From assembly GCA_038230375.1 (NCBI GenBank), contig JBBRNJ010000022.1, forward strand, positions 32,001 through 96,000: 64,000 bases of DNA, written 5' to 3'. Source of the DNA: Polyangiales bacterium. Lineage in GTDB: Bacteria; Myxococcota_A; Polyangia; Polyangiales; Polyangiaceae. The stretch's first letter is position 1. Each line of letters starts with the position of its first letter. This document shows, in pieces, positions 58,696-64,000 of this stretch. The notes beneath the pieces were generated by a model that ran no database searches, was not told where the DNA came from, and saw only the letters and a list, made by a program, of their open reading frames with translations. The position numbers and the translations under genes were made by a program.

Positions 58696-60659
58696 GGCTC
58701 CTCGGACAGTTTGGTCCATTCGGACATCATCGTATCCACTCGTTTGGCGAGTTGCTGCTCCTCCGAGGCTTTTTTTGCGAGCTTCGCCCAGTCCCCGCCG
58801 GGGTCCTCGCGCAGGGCAGCGCGACGCTCCTCGAGCTCCTTCTCGCCCGCGGCGATCAGGTCCTCGAGCTCGGCGATGCGCTTTCGCTTCTTCTCCTTGT
58901 CGCGGGCAAGCGCCTTCTGTTGCTCGAAGCTCTGCTTCCCCTGCGGTGCGTCCTTCGGCGGCGGCGCGACGCTCTTCGATGCGTTCTTCTTTTTCTGCGA
59001 CGCGGCCTCGATGAGCGCGGCGGCATTGTCTTCCTTCGCCTGCCTCGCCTCTTTCGCCTGCTGCGCCGCGTAGTCCTTGAAGCCACCCGGGAAGACGTCC
59101 GCGTGTCCGTCGCGTACGACGATGAGGCGCGTGGTGGTCGCCTCGAGGAAGCGGCGATCGTGCGAGACCAGGAGCACGGTGCCCGGAAATCCGGTGAGCG
59201 CCTCCTCGAGGATCTCCGCCGCGGGAATGTCGAGGTGGTTCGTGGGCTCGTCCAGGAAGAGCAGGTTCTTCGGCTCGAGCAGCAGCTTCGCCAGCGCCAA
59301 CCGCGAGCGTTCACCACCCGAGAAGCCACCCACGCTGCGGAGCGGATCGTCGCCGTAGAAGCGGAAGCGGGCAAGGTACTGACGCGCGACCTCCACGGTG
59401 AAGTCACCGCGGATGGTGCGCACCTCCTCCGTCGCGGTGTTCTTCGGGTTCACGCCGCCCAGGTGCTGATCGAAGTAGCCGTCGGCAAGGTTGGTCCCGC
59501 GCTTGATGTCGCCCAGATCTTCTGGAAGCCCACGGCCCGCGAGCAGCTTGAGCAGCGTGGTCTTGCCCGCGCCGTTCGGCCCGACGATGCCGATGCGGTC
59601 ACCACGACGCACGAGCAGATCGAGCGGCCCGAACAGCGTGTTGCCACCGCGCGCCGCCTCGAGGCCCTTCGCGTCGATGACGATGTCTCCCGTGCGCGGC
59701 GCCTCCGCAAAGCGAAAGCGCACACGCTCCGCCGCTTGCCACACGTCCTCCGGGTTATCGAGCCGGTCGATCTTGTCGAGCATCTTGCGACGGCTCTGCG
59801 CCTGCTTCGTCTTCTGTCCCGCGATGTTCTTGCGGATGAAGTCTTCCGTCTTGTCGATGAACGCCTGTTGGCGCTCCAGGAGCGCGCGCTCGCGGGCCAG
59901 GTCTTCTTCCCGTGCGACGGCGTAGTCGGAGTAGCGGAGCGGATAGACACGCAGCTGCTGGCGCCCGAGCTCCATCGTCTCCGTGCACACGTTGTCCAGG
60001 AACGCGCGATCGTGCGAGACGATGAGCAACGCACCACGGAACCCCGACAGGTACTGCTCGAGCCAGCCGATCGTGTCGAGGTCGAGGTGGTTCGTGGGCT
60101 CGTCGAGCAAGAGCAGCGTGGGCTCTTGCGCAAGCACCACGCCGAGCTGCAGGCGTCCGCGCTCGCCGCCGGAGAGCGACGTGACGGGACGCGAGAGATC
60201 CTTCTCCTCGAAGCCCAGCTTCGTGACGATGGCGGCGACCTTGTGCTCGAGCGCGTCGCCGCGGAGCATGTGGTAGCGGTCCTCGAGCTCCGCGAGCTTC
60301 TTCAGCGCGGGATCATCCTCTGACGTGGCATGCGCGGCGGCGTCGCGCGCGCGACCGAGCTCTTCCCGCAGCGCGGTCACCTCCGCGAAGCCAGAGAGGA
60401 GCGCGCTCATGACGTCACCGGTCGCGGCGATCTCGTGCGACTGACGGTAGTAGCCAAGCTTCGCATCCTTGGAGATGACGACGCTGCCACCGTCGGGCTC
60501 CATCTCCTTCGCGATGATGCGAAGCAGCGTGGACTTCCCCGCGCCGTTCGGCGCAACGAGGGCAGCGCGCTCGCCAGCGGCCAGGCTGAAGGTGACGCCC
60601 TGGAAGAGGGTGGAGCCAGCGAACCCGAAGCGTACGTCTGCGACTTGAAGAAGCGTCAC
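58692..60659 (-). CDS. ABC-F family ATPase
   Basis: Two NBDs (PNGAGKS/T, SGGER, LDEPTNHLD), no TM segments, C-terminal coiled coil. Confidence 0.95.
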   Translation of the reverse strand: MTLLQVADVRFGFAGSTLFQGVTFSLAAGERAALVAPNGAGKSTLLRIIAKEMEPDGGSVVISKDAKLGYYRQSHEIAATGDVMSALLSGFAEVTALREELGRARDAAAHATSEDDPALKKLAELEDRYHMLRGDALEHKVAAIVTKLGFEEKDLSRPVTSLSGGERGRLQLGVVLAQEPTLLLLDEPTNHLDLDTIGWLEQYLSGFRGALLIVSHDRAFLDNVCTETMELGRQQLRVYPLRYSDYAVAREEDLARERALLERQQAFIDKTEDFIRKNIAGQKTKQAQSRRKMLDKIDRLDNPEDVWQAAERVRFRFAEAPRTGDIVIDAKGLEAARGGNTLFGPLDLLVRRGDRIGIVGPNGAGKTTLLKLLAGRGLPEDLGDIKRGTNLADGYFDQHLGGVNPKNTATEEVRTIRGDFTVEVARQYLARFRFYGDDPLRSVGGFSGGERSRLALAKLLLEPKNLLFLDEPTNHLDIPAAEILEEALTGFPGTVLLVSHDRRFLEATTTRLIVVRDGHADVFPGGFKDYAAQQAKEARQAKEDNAAALIEAASQKKKNASKSVAPPPKDAPQGKQSFEQQKALARDKEKKRKRIAELEDLIAAGEKELEERRAALREDPGGDWAKLAKKASEEQQLAKRVDTMMSEWTKLSEEP

Positions 60660-60830
60660 GGCAAGAAGCTCCGCTTATAGTACGTCCCTGTCGCCGCAGC
60701 GCGACAGAAGCAGCTCTATTGACCCTGGCTACAATAGGCCGCCCAGACACCACCCCCGCGCCCCAGCAACCCACAAAACGTGGGAATTTCGCGCCCACCT
60801 ACCTGGTGCGCAGCTTGCTTGACGAGGGGT

Positions 60831-61112
60831 ATGGACGCACCCGCGCAGGTCACCCGCCGCTCCCATTCAATCCCGCCGCTCGCCATGGACGCGAGCCCGG
60901 AAGAGGGTGGCTTCCTGACGAAGGTGGACGCGAGAGCGCTGACATCGCTGGTGGCGCTGGCGCTAGCCCTGACAGTCGTATGCCTCGTCGCGATCGTGGG
61001 TCACATCAAGCATGCGAACGGGTCAGCGGAAGCAAGCGCCCAGAATGAGCCGCTGGTGAACGAGGGGGTCGAGATCCCAGCGCCGGCGATCAACCTGACG
61101 CAACCGGAGTAG
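60831..61112 (+). CDS. Small single-TM hypothetical protein
   Basis: GAGGGG before ATG; TM LVALALALTVVCLVAIV. Confidence 0.55.
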   Translation: MDAPAQVTRRSHSIPPLAMDASPEEGGFLTKVDARALTSLVALALALTVVCLVAIVGHIKHANGSAEASAQNEPLVNEGVEIPAPAINLTQPE

Positions 61113-61179
61113 TAGGCGCCACCCTTCCCGCGACCTGTCCTCGGTGCCTCGCGCCAACCTACGGCCGTTGATCGCGGAG

Positions 61180-61297
61180 CGACATCGCCGACTCGCGACT
61201 TCGACTTCGACCCTCGACTTCGACCCTCGACATCGACATCGACCCTGACGTCGACTTCGACATCGACCCTGACGTCGACTTCGACATCGACACTCGA
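61180..61297. repeat. Degenerate (GACHTC)n hexamer tract between convergent genes
   Basis: gacttc/gacatc/gaccct units including a duplicated 24-mer. Confidence 0.88.
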
Positions 61298-61315
61298 GCA
61301 GTCGCTAGCCTCGCG

Positions 61316-61948
<633 letters not shown>

Positions 61949-62187
61949 GAGACCTCCGCGTTGCACGTACGTCGTCCTGCATGGTCCGTGCTCAGCGCGC
62001 ACCCCTTGCGTTACGCGCGGTTCCAATGCTTGCGCTGCACAAGCTGAGCGCCACAGGCAGCTTTGTGGATCGTCTCGGAACCAGCGAGGTGTTTTCCGTA
62101 CATGCCCAGTGACTTCGCGGTGACAGGCCCGGAACAAGTGGACGGCCGCGCTTGCGGCGCGCCCGTCCAGGGCGAACCTTGTCGGAC

Positions 62188-62955
62188 ATGCAACCGCAGT
62201 ACACCATCCGCACCGCCGGCCCGAGCGACATCCCTCGCCTCGTTGCGATGAACCACGCCGCGTATCCCGATCTCGTGGCCGAGGGCATCGTGTTCGACGG
62301 CGCGCAGCTCGCCGCGCACCAGGCGGTGTTCCCCGAGGGCCAGCTGGTCCTCACGGGGCCCGATGACGGGATCGTTGGCGCCCTCTCCACGCTCATCGTC
62401 TCTTCCGCGGAGGCGCTCGCGCCGCACACCTGGATCGACATCACGAGCCACGGAACGTTCGCGAAGCATGACCCGCGCGGCGACACGCTCTACCTGGCGG
62501 ACATCTACTCGGATCCCGCGGCGCGCGGAACCGGCACGGGGGGCGCTCTCTACGCATTGTTCGCGCTCTGCAAGCGCAAGAAGCTCGCGCGCGTGGCGGC
62601 GGGTGGCCGGCTGTATGGCTACATCGACGTGGCGAAGGAGGTCTCTGCAGCGGACTACGTGGAGCAGGTGCTCCGCGGCGAACGGAAGGATCGCGTGCTC
62701 ACGTCGCAGCTGCGCGCCGGCTTCATCGTGAAGGATGTACTCTCCAACTATCTGGACGACTGGCGCAGCGGCAGCTTCGCCACGCTGCTCGTGTGGAAGA
62801 ACCCCGAGCGAACCCAAGGACTGACCGCCAGCCCGTCTGGCGACTATTTGACCGTGGAAGGGCCCGCGCCGCTGCGGAGCAACCCACCGCGCCCGGTGGG
62901 CCAGAGCAAGCACGCGTTGCCGCTGCCTTCTACCTTGAAGACATCGATGCCGTGA
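62188..62955 (+). CDS. GNAT-family acetyltransferase (YkwB-like)
   Basis: FPEGQLV, HDPRGDTLY, RGTGTG, GGRL.GY, W.NP. Confidence 0.85.
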   Translation: MQPQYTIRTAGPSDIPRLVAMNHAAYPDLVAEGIVFDGAQLAAHQAVFPEGQLVLTGPDDGIVGALSTLIVSSAEALAPHTWIDITSHGTFAKHDPRGDTLYLADIYSDPAARGTGTGGALYALFALCKRKKLARVAAGGRLYGYIDVAKEVSAADYVEQVLRGERKDRVLTSQLRAGFIVKDVLSNYLDDWRSGSFATLLVWKNPERTQGLTASPSGDYLTVEGPAPLRSNPPRPVGQSKHALPLPSTLKTSMP

Positions 62956-64000
62956 TCGAAGGACTGAACCAGGATCTCGAGCGCGCCGTCGCCGTCGAGA
63001 TCCGCGACGGTGGGCGCCGCCGGAATGCCGACGCCGTTGCCGTCCATCCCCTGCCCCGGTAGCGGAATGTCGAAGAGCAGCTTGCCCGTGTTGTCGAGCA
63101 CGACCAGGCGCCCCGCGTCCGCGGTCAGCGCATAGACGCCGAAGATGATCTCGGGGACGCCGTCCTTGTTGAGATCCGCGACGACCGCCTCCGAGGCGAA
63201 CGTCTTCGCCGCGCCCTTCGCGTAGTCAAAGCGCCAAGCGCGGCTGCCGTCCGGCGAGATCGCATAGACGAAGCCGTCGTTGATGGGCGCGATGATCTCC
63301 GGGCGTGTGTCGCCCAGGATGCTCACGGTCGTGGGCGCTGGGATGGCGTCGGGCGGGTAGTAGTCACCGGAGGGACGCACGGCGGGTTTGTCGGTGAAGG
63401 GCAGCGTCTCGAAGCCCGTGAGCCTGCGCGCCGCGCGTGAGCCGCCGCCCTGCGCGCCCTCGAGCACCATGAACGCGTAGCCCTGGGTCTCGTACGGATC
63501 ATGGAGCTCTGCGTTGGGGATGCCCACGACGTCGTTCTTGCCGTCGCCGTTCACGTCCGCCACGTTCGGCGGAGACGCGGTCCACTGCAGCCACATGTTC
63601 GTCGTGACCTCGGGCCAGGGGTCCGCGTGGTCGTGGTAGTGCCCGTTCTCGATCGCGGGGTCCAGCCAGCGAATGAACTGCCCCCAGCCCATGGGCTTCG
63701 AGAGGAACATGTTCGCGGGGTTCGAGTAATACGACGACGCGAGGATCGAGCTGCCGTTCGCCTTGAACGCGTTGATCTGGTGGTTGTCGTACGTGACCAG
63801 GATCTCGAGCTCCTTGTCGTCGTCGATGTTGCCAATGCCGACGTTCTCGCCGTAGCACCCGTAGCCGGTGTTGCCCTCGCCGTTGAAGTCCTTGTCGCCA
63901 GGCGTGGACTGGTTGTAGCGGGGCCACGCGTTGGCATTGCCGCCCGGCGCGAACACCTTGCCGTCGGGAGAGAACACGAACACCTGGGAGCCGGTCTTCG
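62844..64000 (-). CDS. FG-GAP/VCBS repeat protein, 5' end outside the window
   Basis: ADVNGDGKND, ADLNKDGVPE, ADLDGDGALE repeats. Confidence 0.85.
   Translation of the reverse strand, partial: KTGSQVFVFSPDGKVFAPGGNANAWPRYNQSTPGDKDFNGEGNTGYGCYGENVGIGNIDDDKELEILVTYDNHQINAFKANGSSILASSYYSNPANMFLSKPMGWGQFIRWLDPAIENGHYHDHADPWPEVTTNMWLQWTASPPNVADVNGDGKNDVVGIPNAELHDPYETQGYAFMVLEGAQGGGSRAARRLTGFETLPFTDKPAVRPSGDYYPPDAIPAPTTVSILGDTRPEIIAPINDGFVYAISPDGSRAWRFDYAKGAAKTFASEAVVADLNKDGVPEIIFGVYALTADAGRLVVLDNTGKLLFDIPLPGQGMDGNGVGIPAAPTVADLDGDGALEILVQSFDHGIDVFKVEGSGNACLLWPTGRGGLLRSGAGPSTVK

Noticed and set aside
58752..60323. Long antisense ORFs (also 19238-20950, 15803-17152, 42804-44210, 52802-53998)
   Set aside because: These are expected shadows of high-GC3 genes and show no recognisable motifs.

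Overview
High-GC chromosomal window with myxobacterial (Sorangiineae/Polyangiaceae-like) gene content: Agl-type MotA/ExbD motor genes, a TIGR02266-like PilZ protein, a Hanks kinase, Cys-rich lipoproteins and an ECF/FecR pair. It is mostly core genes (rodA end, fumarase, nadA, pyk, lysA, mlaE, alr, RpoH-family sigma, rsmI, ABC/ABC-F). I see no rRNA, tRNA, CRISPR, transposase or integrase. The most unusual signal is non-coding. (i) Two related ~148-bp palindromic elements (2173-2320, 6123-6269) have locus-specific outer arms that are inverted copies of the neighbouring gene's stop or RBS/start. (ii) A 24-bp x4 tandem array is built from the core motif of those elements. (iii) There are six (GACHTC)n hexamer tracts. 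(iv) Strand-polarised G->A synonymous 'halos' flank these sites. Together these suggest an undescribed site-directed insertion/error-prone repair process (inference). Other notable items are back-to-back MotA-ExbD-ExbD triplets, a probable single-chain MotA/ExbB-ExbD fusion (30331-32172), an orphan Mod-like methyltransferase coupled to an HD dNTPase, a GDPD-fold protein with an altered active site, and a collapsed M16 peptidase pseudogene. All product calls rest on motif recognition by eye; no searches were run.
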